Positions 36,498 to 49,544 of a DNA stretch of 64,000 nt are shown piece by piece (positions within the stretch are counted from its first letter, which is position 1; each line of letters starts with the position of its first letter). Below the pieces are notes generated by a model. It had not been told where the DNA came from and ran no database searches. It saw only the letters and a program-made list of their open reading frames with translations. The position numbers were made by a program, and so were the translations under genes. The DNA is from Felis catus (Eukaryota): positions 71,550,001 to 71,614,000 of the forward strand of contig NC_058368.1 in the NCBI RefSeq assembly GCF_018350175.1. Direction: 5' to 3'.

Positions 36498-36590
36498 TGA
36501 TTCATTCATTCATTCATTCATTCAACAAATATTTGTTGGGTGCATATTACTTGCCATACAATGTTATAGGTCCTGGGGAAATGGACCAAT
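36498..36590 (-). mobile_element. L2 3' terminus with (TTCA)n
   Basis: attcattcattcaacaaatatttg. Confidence 0.7.
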
Positions 36591-36671
36591 TGATGTAAGA
36601 CAGAGTATAAACCACAAATAAGTATCCAGAAGCAACCAGCTAACGTATACAATGAGCCGATGTAGTAAGTA

Positions 36672-37143
36672 TGGATCTTCCTCCATTGGGAATGGGGTTA
36701 CATACTCATCCTCAGTTGAAAATATCATGCATGGAAAATGCATTTAATACACCTACCCTACTGAGCACTGTGGCTTAGCCTAGCATACCTTAAATGAGCC
36801 TAGAACACTTACTACATTTGGGCAAAACCATCGGACACGAAGCCTGTTCTATAATCAAGTGTTAATTTATTGAATGCTGTACTGAAAGGAAAGACAGAGT
36901 GGCCATATGGGTGCAGAAGGGTTGTCATTGTATGGCTGCTTACCCTTGTGATCATTACCCAGCGTGGCTGACTGGGAGACGTCACTGCCCCACATCACCA
37001 GAGACAATCGTGCCTCTGATTACTAGCCTGGGAAAGGTCCAAGTTCAGATCCAAAGTGTGGTTTCTCCTGAATGCATATCCACTTTCAAGGCATCATAAA
37101 TTAGAAAAAATCCTATAGGGCCATCATAGGTCAGGGATCATCA
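36672..37143 (+). mobile_element. MER47/Tigger5-like TcMar element
   Basis: atggggttacat..aaaatgcatttaatacaccta..gcttagcctagc..ccatcataggtcagggatca. Confidence 0.7.
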
Positions 37144-37583
37144 TATGCAACCCAAATTACCTTTCCTTAGCTTCTCATAGCAAAATGAAAGGCCTTTGAG
37201 GTCAGTTCTCAGAGTTCCCCTTTGAGTTTGGGGGCAGGGAAATTGAGTAAGGGGGATGATGAAGACTTTGGATTCTGAAGATTGTCACTTTATTCTCCCT
37301 TTTTGAAGTAAAAGCCATTTTTTAGTTTTGTGGTCTTAAGTCTCCTTCCACAAATGTAAAGATCTTGCTTCCTTTCTTGAATTTCCCTTGCATTTTATAA
37401 TTATTACTTCAATTATATATTTTCCACCTGTTTGTATACAGAAAGCAATTTACTCGTTGATGGAGTTCCTGCATGTGAGGGGCAGGGAGTATATGGGAAA
37501 CCTCTCTATTTTCCACTTTATTTTGCTTAAACCTAAAGAACTTCTAAAACATAAAGTCTGTTTTTTAAAAATGTAATTACAGA

Positions 37584-37800
37584 GTGGCGCCTGAGTGGCT
37601 CAGCCAGTTAAGCATCCAACTCTTGATCTCAGCTCAGATTATGATCTCAGCTCAGGTTATGATCTCACAGTTCATGGGATCATGCCCTGCATCAGGCTTT
37701 GCACTGGCATCACAGAGCCTGCTTGGGATTCTCTTTCCCTCTCTCTCTGCCTCTCCCCAGTTCTCTCTCTGAAAATAATAAATATTAAAAAAAATTTTTT
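37584..37800 (+). mobile_element. Can-SINE with an internal ~18-bp tandem duplication
   Basis: tgatctcagctcagatta-tgatctcagctcaggtta; flanks aatgtaatt(t)acagag. Confidence 0.92.
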
Positions 37801-37814
37801 AAATGTAATTTACA

Positions 37815-38010
37815 GAGTAATGATTAAAGGTACCTGTTTTAAAGTCTGGCAGACACTTATTAGCTATTTGATCTTAGCCTTATTTGCTCTCTCTAAGCCC
37901 AGTTTCCTGGTTTGTAAAATGAGAGTGATAATCCCATCTATTGTGAGAACTAAGTGAGAGAATGCATATGTGCCAGTTATTATAATTCTCAGTATAATTC
38001 ACTCAATAAG
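37815..38010 (+). mobile_element. MIR
   Basis: ctctctaagcccagtttcctggtttgtaaaatgagagtgataat. Confidence 0.65.
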
Positions 38011-40214
38011 TTTAACCAGCACTGTGGAAATATATTTTATACCAAGGACTAAACTTGTGTTCACCTTTATGAGACACCATCCTGGGAAATTTCTAGTTGC
38101 CATGGCGGCTTTATCCTAAGGACAACTAATTTAGATGCAGAGCCTCTAACTTGGTGTGACTTGCTGTGTTTCTTCATTCTATTATGAACATCTCTGTACC
38201 ACTCTGTCTTTTCCCCTGAAATATCTAACATGTGGATGCCTCAGATAAGCTGTCCATGGGGTAGAGTGGCCTTCCTGCCACAGGCATGGGGGAGAATGGA
38301 GGTGGCCGTGGTGGAGACAGGAGGAGGACAGGGGCAGGTAAGGTGGAGGGTGGGGTGCGGGGCATGAAGGGGAAGGCAGAAACCAGATGGGATGCAGAGT
38401 CAAAGGAGAGTTTGTTTTCTTACTGGGAATGGCTCAAGCTTGTTTTTCAGGCTGAACAGAAGGAGCCAATGGAGAGGAAAACGTGTAGTTGGTGAAGCAG
38501 GGTCATAGTTGATGAAGGAAGGAGTAAAGAACAGGCCAAGGATTCAAGTGCAATGTCTGATGGCAAATAGGAAGAGCACTCCCTCTCTCCCTTTCTCCCT
38601 AGACTAGGGGGACAGAGCTACAGATTGACAAATCATGGAGAGTTAGTTGGGCAGTAGGCTGTCTAAGGAGCCCAGGGAACTTTTTTTCTTTGTGAGAGCA
38701 TTCATCCATTCAGTAATAATTATTGTGTTGACATGACAAGCTTTTCTATTTCAAAAGACCAGAGTGAGCACAAATTTATTTTATCTTACACTCTTTAGGG
38801 TGAAAATTCGTATTATTTTAAAGCTATCTACCATAGGTGCTATTATATATTTATCATCTAATGTTTCTAATAATGGAAATAACAAAAAAGTGACTAAAGT
38901 ATCCACATTTGACCTTGTACTAACATCATTCTTGGCTTACTCAACGTCCCTGAAGGTCAGCAAGAGATGAATCTGCCCTAGACTGGTCTTTTCCTGCATT
39001 CATCACTTAAAAAAAAAAAAGAAAGAAAGAAAGAAAGAACAGCGAGAACAAGCTATCTTTTACTTTTATAATTTTTAATCCATCATTAAAAGTACAACTT
39101 GCTTTATGATCTAAAGAAATATCTAAGTCTTTATATTAGGAACAAAAGTGAGCCTTTCAGGAAAAAGGGAGGAGAGCTTAATCTGCATTAGCCCTTTGAT
39201 GTATTTCTAGATTTTAAAGAGCTTCCTGCCGTCCCCAGCCACACTGAGACAGACCCAGCCGTATGTCCAGCAATGGCCTTGTCCTTTCTCTTCTCAGCAC
39301 ACACTGAGCTAGAGAGCGGGCCTTTTGGGAGTGAGCTAGGCTCCTGCCATTAGTGACATACTGTTTCTTCTCCTTGTACTTCCGGGGGAAGACTCTTAAG
39401 TTAATGATCGGTTTAGAAAAATAAACTAGATCACCCTTTGCTCTTCTTTGGAACATTTCTTTAAAATGTGACTGTCACTGGTGGATTTCGGGGACTTTAT
39501 TGAGTGAGAAGTGGAAGAACGCCAACTGAAATGAGGTCTATCTGTCTATAGCGATGAAGTAGGGACTGCAATAGATAAATTTGAAATTAAATTAAAAATT
39601 GAAATCCTATTGTTTGAATTCTTGCCATTTTTACTCTTGGATTTCATTTCTTATAACCTAGCTTTCAACTTTAGAGACGTTGCTGAGCCTTATATGGCAG
39701 CTTCTTAGTACTCATGTCTCCTTACGTTGTGTGGTGGAAAGTGATGGGTTAGTGCGTGTTTTTAATGCTCTTCCTATTCATGGACATTTTTGCCAGGAGG
39801 GGTGCCTTGTGCCAGCTAGTTTCATAGATGGAGGAAAGCAATCTGGGTTTCAGTTTCACAAAAGGAAAAACAAAACCTAAGAGGAAAAGGAAACAATTCG
39901 TTAGCAGTGGGCCCCTGTGCAGGGGAGGATAACCTGCCTTCAAAGATTTTTGTGTTGGGCACTGTAATATAATGTTTAATAAATAGTTTACTTCAAAGGG
40001 CCTCACAACAAGAAAATAGGCAGCTTTCCTGCCATTCTTGTTCCCTGGTTCAGTTTTACTATAAGTAGCTCATATCCGGTCCTCTGTGGTCTCGGGTGGT
40101 CGTTTGTGTTTATGACCCTAACACTGAAACGGTAAGAACTGTGGCCCTATTTTAAGTCAGTAGCAAATCCACAGTGTTCTTCAGGAACTGAGCGAGGGGC
40201 CCTCCTGAAACCCT

Positions 40215-40227
40215 TGACCTTTGACCC
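40215..40227 (-). promoter_or_regulatory. Consensus nuclear-receptor DR1 motif GGGTCA-A-AGGTCA (candidate)
   Basis: TGACCTTTGACCC in a locally CpG-rich, apparently unique segment. Confidence 0.45.
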
Positions 40228-41579
40228 GTCTTAAGGAAAGTGCCCAGATGCTGTCAGCCGTACGCGTGGGATTATGTCCTCCCAAAATAGAAAACTACTG
40301 AGGAATAGAAAAACTCATTGACATGCACCTAAAGTTTTTGATGTATTGTGACTACTCCTGTGCTCCCATTCTAAACTTCTAAACAGTATGTATGTTCAGT
40401 ATCCTTGAGATAAAAGCCTGAGGTTACAAAGATCACTGGAGATGTTTGAATTTTTCTTTTTCTTCCTGTAGATATATTTGGCATATGGAGACTTTGAGAG
40501 CCCACTGTTAATATCAGTTGCTTCCAGATATGACCAGATATCAGGTAGCCAGATGGAACTCAGAAGAAACTGATGGAACTCATAAAGCAACCATTATATA
40601 TGTTTTTTTCACTATGAATTTTAACCCAGCAGTGTATTGGGTCTGGGTGGGTCCTGGCCATCTCCATTGTGAAATGGCTTCCCATGATTGTGGTGAATAC
40701 CTCTGTAAAACCACCGTTGTAAACTCTTGTTAGGTATGGTTTCATTTGTGTATTTTTTTGTTGCTAACTGTTTGGTGCAGGGCTGTTCTAAGAAACATGG
40801 ACTTGAGATAATTTCCCACCGGCTTACACCTCCTTCCGTTCCTGTTCCTCTCATTCTCCCTTTGTGTAGAAGCAAAGGGAAAGCATTGCGCTAAGACCCA
40901 GCAGTCAGAAAGCCTAAGGGGTGAAGAGGAGGAAACAGAGCAATTGGGTGTAGAGAAGGGGGAAACTGTCCCACCCCATTGCTTTCATGGGTGTGGAAAG
41001 GGTTTATGGATTGGGCCTGCGTTTCTACATGAGCCACACTGTTCTCTAAAGCAGTGGTAGTAGAGCCATCTTTTTCTCCCACCCTTCATATTCTTGAGTA
41101 TTTACCCAGAACCAACCCACTGTGGCAGCTCTGGTGGGGAGGGGAGGTGCACTGTCAGTTCTGGTTGTCATTTCTGAGACCCATGTTGAACTTGAACACA
41201 GTTAACCATTGTAACAGCCAATGACAAATCCTCAATTCATGTGAACCAAGCATTTCTACAGTTTAGGTATCATGTGGTTGAATTTCTTTAGAGGAATCAG
41301 TTCACACCAGTGTCCAGTATGAATAACTTCTAACAGAAGTTTCTCCAAGAGAATTATATATACTCCTCTTTGACGTGGCCATCCCAACTCTAGAAATTTA
41401 TCATAAGGAATTGTTTTGGTTAGATTCTTTTGCTTGCAGGAGATTCACTCAAGTTTCCTAAACTTATCACCAGGATGTGTGTAGAGAGGCCTTTGGAAAA
41501 GGCCAGTTGTCTAGGCCCCAGGGCATCCATCCAATTGTCTGGACCCAGGGTGGCTCAGATCATAATGATAAGACTGTAA

Positions 41580-41780
41580 TTATGAGAGCTAACCTATATT
41601 GAGTGCTCGGTATGTAGGAGGCATTTCAGTTTATCTTCTCATTTAATCTTTCATGAGATAAATACTGTTACTATTCATGTTTTTGAGTTGAAGGACTTCA
41701 GATGTACAGACATTAAGTGATCTTCCCAGGGTCATGTAGCCAGAATCAGAAACAGGGGTTAACCTTGGGACTCTCTGATG
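41580..41780 (-). mobile_element. MIR
   Basis: ctcatttaatctt..ttaagtgatcttcccagggtcat. Confidence 0.65.
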
Positions 41781-42214
41781 GCAAAGCCCATCAAGAGTGG
41801 CTCCTGGACCCTCCTTACAGTGCACCCCCATTAACATGACTGAGTGCCTCTGCAGGGGTCTGCTTGCATCCATCTGTGGCTTTTACTTCTTCTGCAGGGT
41901 ACAATTTCTGCCTGGTAACTGAGGACTACATATGGCAGATTGACGCATATCATGGCCTTGTCAGCCATTCTCCAAATCATGCTCTCCCTGGAAGCTGCCT
42001 CTCATCCTGAGAGACTAGCTCATGTCATCCTCTCTCACTTAGATGTGTAGTGGATCACTGGGTTATTGAGGTTTGTTGTCCTCTCATCCCATCAGCCAAC
42101 ACCATGGACAGAAGGTGGGGCATGCACTATGCTATATATACTGCCACCTAGCAGGACTTGGATGGGAAGAGAACCCAGCCTGAGGTCCATCAGGGGGACT
42201 AATTGGATGAGTTC

Positions 42215-42600
42215 CCAAAAGTCTATGTCTGTGATATTCATCACAGTGTTGTTTATGTTAGCAAAATAATTGGAAACTACCAGCCTGTCGATCAACAGGG
42301 GTTTGATTAAAGAAATCATGGCATTCCATATGGTAGAATATTAATATTCAGCCATAAAAAGTAGGATTAGGTCAGTGTTTATTCACATGGAAAGATGCAA
42401 TGTGAACTACGCTGACATGAAAAAATAAGGTTAAAGTGACGTATATAGGATCCTGTTTTGTTTTAAAAGCACAGACTTGGATGGTGGAATTCAGGAATAT
42501 TAATAGTTGTGTAACTTGAACAGAATCTTCTTCATGCCTTTCTGTTAACATCTGTTTGTGTGATAATGAACACCTATCGCGTATATATTCAGCAGCATAT
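42215..42600 (+). mobile_element. Old LINE-1 3' fragment (L1ME-like)
   Basis: gatattcatcacagtgttgttt..aattggaaac..attcagccataaaaa. Confidence 0.55.
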
Positions 42601-43180
42601 TTGCAAAACATATCAAGGTATAGAAGTTGTACTGATTAAAAGCTGAAATGAATAGTATTGATTATTGAGAAAGAAAATAAAGTAAGACCTAGGGGCTACG
42701 AACTATAGTTACCTCTACCTGTATCACACAACAAATTAAGGGCATAAGGGGGAACGTAATAGCGTCATTATTACCAAGGAGCTAAAATGAGAAAAGTGCA
42801 TTTCTTTAATAGAGTAACACTCCAGATTTCTGGAACTGTCTTACCATGGAGATGTTTTTTGTTTGTTTGTTTTGTTTTTTGTTTTTTGTTTTTTTTTAAC
42901 CTAGAATAACTGGAAAGAGACTTGAGAATCAATGAAAGGGTGTCATTAAGTTCATGACTTTAAGTTTATTAACTCTTAATTTACATAGAATTCTAAGAAT
43001 TAGCTCATTCTAATCATTTACAGCTGATTCTAAGAATTAGTTGATCTCTATGTGCCTGGGTCTGTGTGTGTGTTAGTTTAGGCCAGTTTTGCCAAGCAGT
43101 GTGAATGGTAGTCCTTTAAAAAAAAAAATTCTATTTCATATAATTTGGGAAATGGTAGGTTAAATTAAACAATTTTGTAA

Positions 43181-43271
43181 GGGAACCTCGACTCCCAGTG
43201 TGGGGCTCGAACTCACTGACCCCAGGATCCAGAGTACACAAGGTGTACCAACAGAGCCAGCCAGGTGCCCC
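43181..43271 (-). mobile_element. Short old Can-SINE inside a probable hAT (MER112/113-like) fossil at about 43083-43490
   Basis: gtggggctcgaactc..agccagccaggtgcccc; flanks taaacaat. Confidence 0.8.
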
Positions 43272-43499
43272 TAAACAATGTGGTTTTTATTTTTATTTTT
43301 TAACAATGTCTTTTACTTCAGGACTTCTTAGTCTTTATTAGATTTATATTCATTTTGAATCTCTGAGAGGGAATATGGAATGCAGTAGTATTTCTCAAAC
43401 TTATTTTTATCACTGAATCCTTTTTTTCATTGAGTATGTGTTAACCTTTCCCAGAACTTGTATTGTAGACTAACATAGGAGATGCTGCCTTGAGATCTT

Positions 43500-43630
43500 T
43501 TATTTTTTTATTTTTTGTTTATTTTTATTTATTTATTTTTAAGTAATCTCTACCCTACAACATGGGGCTCAAACTCACAGCCCTGAGATTAAAAGTTTCA
43601 TGCCCTTCCAACTGAGCCAGCCAGGTGCCC
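43500..43630 (-). mobile_element. Short old Can-SINE
   Basis: TSD tgccttgagatctttta/tgccttgggacctttta. Confidence 0.88.
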
Positions 43631-44221
43631 GATGCCTTGGGACCTTTTAAACTAGGAATTAGAAGATAGCAAGATGTGCAGAGGACTGAGAAACAGAAAT
43701 AATACCTGAGTTGCCAATGACTTGGAAAAAGAACCCCCTCCAAAAAAAAAAAATCCCCTACAAAACTATAATCTTACAGGAAGGATAGTAGCATGTGATT
43801 TATAGGGACCTGTCTCAATTAGAATAGGCTAAATTATGTTCTCTATTTTATCTCTATAAGTAGGAATTATATAGTACATTTTACAAAGGTGACCCCACCC
43901 AAGTGTTTCAAATACATAGGTACTTTCGAAATAGTTACTATTTTTTTAAAAAAACATATTGATTTACTTAATTTTATAGATTTAAAAAATATTTTTACAA
44001 AGCAATAACCCTCTGACTTGAGGTTTTGAAAAATATTCTGTAAGGGCTCTCCCTGGGAGATTCACAGTGCATACTGGCATTTTAAAGCTGTTGAGCAGTG
44101 CTGTAGTGAAGAAACCTGCTTCCCAATTTCCCCAAATCTGTTCCCCATCTTTTTCCCCCCATATTCCTTATTAACAAGCCCTAAAAGTAGTGCTCCTTCG
44201 AATACCTTTGGGAGGCACTGC

Positions 44222-44425
44222 CCCGGAGTGGTAAACTGCAGCCCACCATTCCCTTTTGTAAATAAAGTTTTATCCGAACACCGCCACACCCGTTCGATTC
44301 TGTATTTTCTGTGGCTGCTTTCATGGTGCCGAGGCAGAGCTGAGTAGTTGTGACAGACATATGACCTGCAAAGCCCAAAAGATTTACTATCTGCTCTTTG
44401 TAGGAAAAGTGTGTCCACCTCTGCC
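44222..44425 (+). mobile_element. MER58A (hAT-Charlie)
   Basis: ttttgtaaataaagttttat..ggcagagctgagtagttgtgacaga..atttactatct. Confidence 0.82.
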
Positions 44426-44621
44426 TGGACAATCAGTTGTAGGTAGTTGTGTGTGCACACTAATTTTATCTTCTGCTTTTTTGTTCTCTAGCACATGCAT
44501 ACAGGTATATGTATGTTGTGCATATAGGTGTGTACCCTAAAATATCATAAAATGTCAAGGGATTCAAGTAACATTGTTAACCAGAGTGGATAGAAATGCC
44601 ACCCAAACTTGTTCGTTATAT

Positions 44622-44926
44622 TTACTGTGTCAAGAACAAAATGCACTGGAGAATTGAGAAGAAAGATACTTTTATTCAGGCTATTGCAAGAGGGAGAATG
44701 CTCATTAATGAGGAATGTCTTAAAAGGAAGGGTTCGGGTCCATCGAAGCAGGTACACAAGGGAGTCATCGTCAGTCTAATGGGGCTTATGGAGGAGGAGT
44801 GGACAGTAAGTCTTGTCTAAGTCATGGGGGGAGAGTGGCTCTCTGCCTTTAGCCACTTACCAGATGGAAGAGAGTGGAGGTTCTGTGACCGTTTCTGCAC
44901 AGCACTTGGAAGATTCAACATTGTCA
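44622..44926 (-). mobile_element. Probable ERV1 LTR remnant (MER31/MER67-like)
   Basis: ttttattcaggctattgcaa; minus strand starts tgacaa. Confidence 0.35.
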
Positions 44927-45171
44927 GTTGTCAGTAAGTCAGTATTGTTAAATACCTACTCATACATAGTTCTGGCACTAACGTGTGGTTGTTTTCTCAG
45001 GTTCTACCCAGGGCCACCCTCGAGCGCTTCCTGTATGTTGCCTTGCATTACTTCTCTTGCCCGTATCCTAATCCTAATATAGTTTATGATGAGTCATTGT
45101 TATTGAAAGAGATGGCAGTAATGAAGACTGCTACTCTGCATTAAAGTAAATCTACACGGTCACCGTATTTT

Positions 45172-45399
45172 ATTTTATTTTATTTTATTTTATTTTATTT
45201 TATTTTAATGTTTATTTTTGAGAGAGAGAAAGGGAGAGGGAGAGAATGAGCAGAGGAAGGGGCACAGAGAGAGGGAGCCACAGAATCCAAAGCAGGCTCC
45301 AAGATCTGAGCTGTCAGCACAGAGCTCAACGTGGGGCTCGAACTCATGAATCACGACATCATGACCTGAGCCGAAGTCAGACTCCCAACTGAACACCCC
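45172..45399 (-). mobile_element. Can-SINE with (TTTTA)n tail
   Basis: TSD tcaccgtatttta/tcaccatatttta. Confidence 0.92.
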
Positions 45400-47308
45400 A
45401 CGTTCACCATATTTTAAAAGGAAAGTGAGTGATTATGGAGCAGTGTAACTGGATTGGTTACATGCCAGTTTGCTATTGATACGTTACTCTGTGGGATATC
45501 GTTTTTTCCGTCTGTAAAATCTTCGTAATAGAAATGATTGCCATAGGCCTAATTTACTTTTCAAATCAATTACAGGTTACAACACAGATCCCATTCAAGA
45601 CATCAAGGCAGAATGTGACCCTCACACTTTGAAGGGAGATTAGTTCCTTTTATGACATGTCCAATTTGATAAATCCTTTTGAATGAAATGATAAGAGCCA
45701 ACATCTGATACTATGAACTGGGCACTCTTCTAAACATTTTTAAGTTTTAAGTTTTATTTAAATTGAGGTATTCTTTACAGACCACAGTCGGCCATGTGGG
45801 TTGCGATCCAGTGATTGGTAGCAAATGGACTCTTGCAGCCACCACTACAGTTCGCTGTTAGAACATTCCAGCACCCCAGAAGTTCCTTTCTGCCTGCATG
45901 CAGCCAATCCCTGTCTCCCCCGCCAGCCCCAGGCAACCACTAGAAACACTTTATGTGTGTTACTACTTTGCTCCTCACAGCATCCTTCAAGACAGGTTAC
46001 TCTCATCATCTCTGTTTTCCTGGTGAATACAGTCTCCAGCATCATGAGAAATACTTCCTTTTGTGATGGGTCTTCTGTGTGTGCTTGTTACGATCGTGCC
46101 AAGCATTTCTGACAATCAGATATGGTGAAGTCTAGAGGAAAGAAATGTATGAGACTACATGGTAAACATGCCATTAGATGCCATCTGAGAGGTCATGTTT
46201 TCCAATCATCTTGAAGTGCCGTTGGTGCTGCTGTGTGTGTGCATGCACGCGCACGCCTTCTCCATCAGTTTGTGACTTTCATTAGAATGAATTAAGGTCA
46301 CATGACTCTATATCCATTTCTGCTTTTGAAAAAGCAGACAGCTATTCACGGCAGCAAGACACAGACCCAAGCTTGGTTCTGATGCCCCTAGTCACAGGCA
46401 AAAATGTCAAGGGTAATTTACCCAAATAGGAGAAAAAATCAAGACGAAGAGAAAGTACTGACTCACTGCAGACAGCTGCAGAATGTTGCCCTTGGGATAG
46501 AGGTTAACTCAGTTGTGAAATAATGGCCAAAGCTCACACTCCTAATAACTTTTTCTTAGCCCTCGAGAAAGCTCCTCCATTTAATGTGAGAACACTTGGC
46601 AGAAGGTCTGCAGTTGAGTGGCTGGCTCAGCAGGAGGCCCGGATTGAAAGCTCTCCGTTTGTACAAACTCATTTGCATTTGTAACGCTTTTATTTTAAAT
46701 CTTCCCTAAATGTAAATATTTTGGTGTCCTTTTCTCTATTTTTTAAAATAGAGTTTAGGTAAGATGAACCTAAATAAGCGTGAATCAAGTAGCTTCTCAT
46801 ACGCCCCAAAAGAACAAGTGGGAATGGTAGATAACTCTCAAGAGTGATGCTGAATTCTACTCCATAAAGAACCTGGTGAACGTCAATTGGAGGGCCCATT
46901 TCAGAAGTATATTGGAATACAGGGGAAGAGTTACTTAGGAAAGGTTCATTTGCACCTTTTGGAGGTGGTCCAATAGGTTTGATAGGTTTCTTGAAGAAGT
47001 CAGCAGAAGGGTGTTTGCTGTCTCCCACAGTTGAGTGCACGGATGTAGGGGGCCCAGGACCAGCCTACCTCAACCGCCAGTGGCACTCCTGGCATTCTCA
47101 GACCTCCAGAGGTGTCATGGATGTGAGCTGTCCACCCTGCTGCACTGCCAACCAGTGCCTGTCCAGAGGAGGAACAGTAGAAGTGTTCCCTTTAGTCTCC
47201 AAGATTGCAATAGATTCTCTGAACGTGAGCCCTTCCAGAGCCTTCCTGGGTGTGTCTGAGCGCCATGCTGAGAGGAGAACCAGCCTAGTCTAAGGAAGCT
47301 CGGTTCTT

Positions 47309-47531
47309 CTTTTTTTTTTTTTTAATGTTTATTTATTTACTTTGAGAGAGGGAGCATGTGAGTGGGTGGGAGAGGCAGAGAGAGAGAGAGAGGGAGAGAG
47401 AGAATCCCAAGCAGGCTCCATGCTGTCAGCGCAGAGCCTGATGCGGGGCCTGATTTCATGACTCCTGAGATGATGACCTGAGCCGAAACCAAGAGTTGGA
47501 CGCTTAACTAACTCAGCCACCCAGGCACCCC
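47309..47531 (-). mobile_element. Can-SINE
   Basis: TSD aggaagctcggttctt/aggaagcttgattctt. Confidence 0.94.
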
Positions 47532-48454
47532 AGGAAGCTTGATTCTTAAGGCTGGCGCTGGCCTTGATCAGACTCTGCCACATGCCCAGTTTTCTCACAA
47601 TCACAGCGTGATTTGAGAAAACTCACTTGGGGTCAGTTTTGGATCTATAGAACCAAACGAAATAAAGACTGAAGTATTGGTCATCCATACACCTGCAGAT
47701 CCTAACCTTCTTGGCATGTGAGCATTGCTTGAATATTGGAAAATGTTAACTAACATTCTGCCATCTTTCAGGAAATCTGATGCATTTCAGTCCAGCATCT
47801 GATGACTGTTATTCTCTTCCTCTCCCTACCCACCACTCACTTGCCATCTGCTTCTCTTCAATGTGGACTTTAAAATGAGAGTCAAATCTCTGTCATTCAC
47901 ATGTAGAGAGCAGTGGTAGATAAGAGAGCAAACATTTATATTTTTTGAAAATGGAGGAGTGGATAATATGGTGTGTTGCCTAACTGTCCAGCATGCCATC
48001 GTTCTTCCAGAACATTGTCTCTGGATAGGACTGCGTTCACCTTTGGCTTTCCCATGACATGGGTAGGTCATGGATACTAACCTAAGCAGCCTTGACTTTG
48101 GATTGGAAATTCCTTCAACACATTACAACATTACAAATACTTCTAGCTTTATCTACTGTTGAACGCTTTTGCTTGGCCAGCTGACTTCCTAATAGTCCTG
48201 TTGCAGTCTTGTTCTTTCCTACCTCTTCTACATCTTGATTCCTAGCATACTTTTCCAAGGAAGCTCACTGCTTCCTCTGCCCTTCTTCAGAATTCTTTTA
48301 CTCCAAGACTTCTCTCCAGTCTTACCTTCTCCACAAGTCCTCTGACTACCTTAGGCCCTCCCTCTGAAATTCTACAGTATTTCATTTTCTCAACACGGAC
48401 ACTCAGAGAAATTTGCTTGTTTGGAGTCCCTCAGCTAGGGACAGTCTACCTCCG

Positions 48455-48560
48455 CCCACCACCAGCAGACATTTGGCAATGAATGGAGATATTTTCAGCT
48501 GTGACAACTGGAAAGGGGACTACAACATCTAGTGGCTAGAGGCCAGGGATGCTGCATTGA
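48455..48560 (+). mobile_element. MER20 fragment
   Basis: gacatttggcaatg..catctagtggctagaggccagggatgctgc. Confidence 0.75.
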
Positions 48561-48639
48561 GAAACGTGACCTTCAGTGATTCAGCCTAGATGATGTAATA
48601 AGAATCCTTGGTTCTTGTAGGACTTGAAGAGTACATCCT

Positions 48640-48760
48640 GGATATACTTGAGTGTATTTGGTGGCGAGGCTTACTACTTCACAAGGCCACCTATTGTATT
48701 GTTGGAGAGCTCTGTTGGAAATTGTTTCCTTATGTTGGATTGAACTCTGCCTCCCTGTGC
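48640..48760. mobile_element. Possible L3/CR1 fragment
   Basis: tattgttggagagctct..ttccttatgttggattgaactctgcctccctgt. Confidence 0.4.
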
Positions 48761-49299
48761 AGGTCTTCTGTGGCTGGGCAATAAATCGATTCCTTTCCCT
48801 ACATGGAGGTGTTTATAGAGAGCTCCCTTGTGAGTCCTTGCAGCTCTCCCACCCCTCGCTGGTTTCCACATTATGCTTGGGCCCACGACTCACCTCTATA
48901 CGTGTGTTCCTCACATGTCATGGTAAACTTCCTGACGGCAGACGCAGTGTCTTACTCTCTTTGCTTTGTAGCCCTGCCGCTAGTACAGTTAATTTAATCT
49001 TGTCCTAGAAAATGCTGCCTCGGAAACGACCAACCCCATAGAGATGATTCCCCTGCTGGCAGTGAGGATCAGTCGGCTGCAAACCCTAATCCTGGCACAA
49101 CATTATTGTTCCTTATCTTTTGTGTAGGGTATTTGTAGGATCATTACCTTTAAGGTGGAGTTTGTTGTTTGTTTGTTTTTGTTTTTTAGTTTGTAAAGGC
49201 GGTGAGAAAGATAATTATTTCTAAAGCAGGTAGAGAGCTCAGCATTATGGACAGTGTATTTGCTTCCCACTTACAACTATACAAGTAAAGAAAATTCCT

Positions 49300-49505
49300 T
49301 GTATTGCGACGCTGTCCAGTTTGTTGGGTTAATCTGGGAGAGCGTATCAGTGACCTGGAATCGTGCCAACTTCCAATTAGCACTCTGTGTAGCCACTGAT
49401 GTCACTTTAAAAGTAATTACTGCACGGGGGGGAGAAAAAGGTAATTACTGCAGATTTTCTCATCCACCCTGAACGTAGCATATGCGTTTCTAATCCTGTA
49501 CGTTA
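49300..49505. promoter_or_regulatory. Candidate conserved enhancer with NFI and homeodomain motifs
   Basis: TGGA-N5-GCCAA at 49356-49369; GTAATTACTGCA twice; TAATCT, TAATCC, CAATTA. Confidence 0.4.
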
Positions 49506-49544
49506 TTATTCTCATCAAAAAGGAAAATTTTCTTTCGGTTTTTA

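Noticed and set aside
42141..42154. CTCF-like CTGCCACCTAGCAG
   Set aside because: Mismatch at a core position, probably within an old repeat; not supportable without ChIP data
49409..49455. aaaagtaatt resembling MADE1/miR-548
   Set aside because: Direct rather than inverted repeat, no hairpin, and MADE1 is primate-specific
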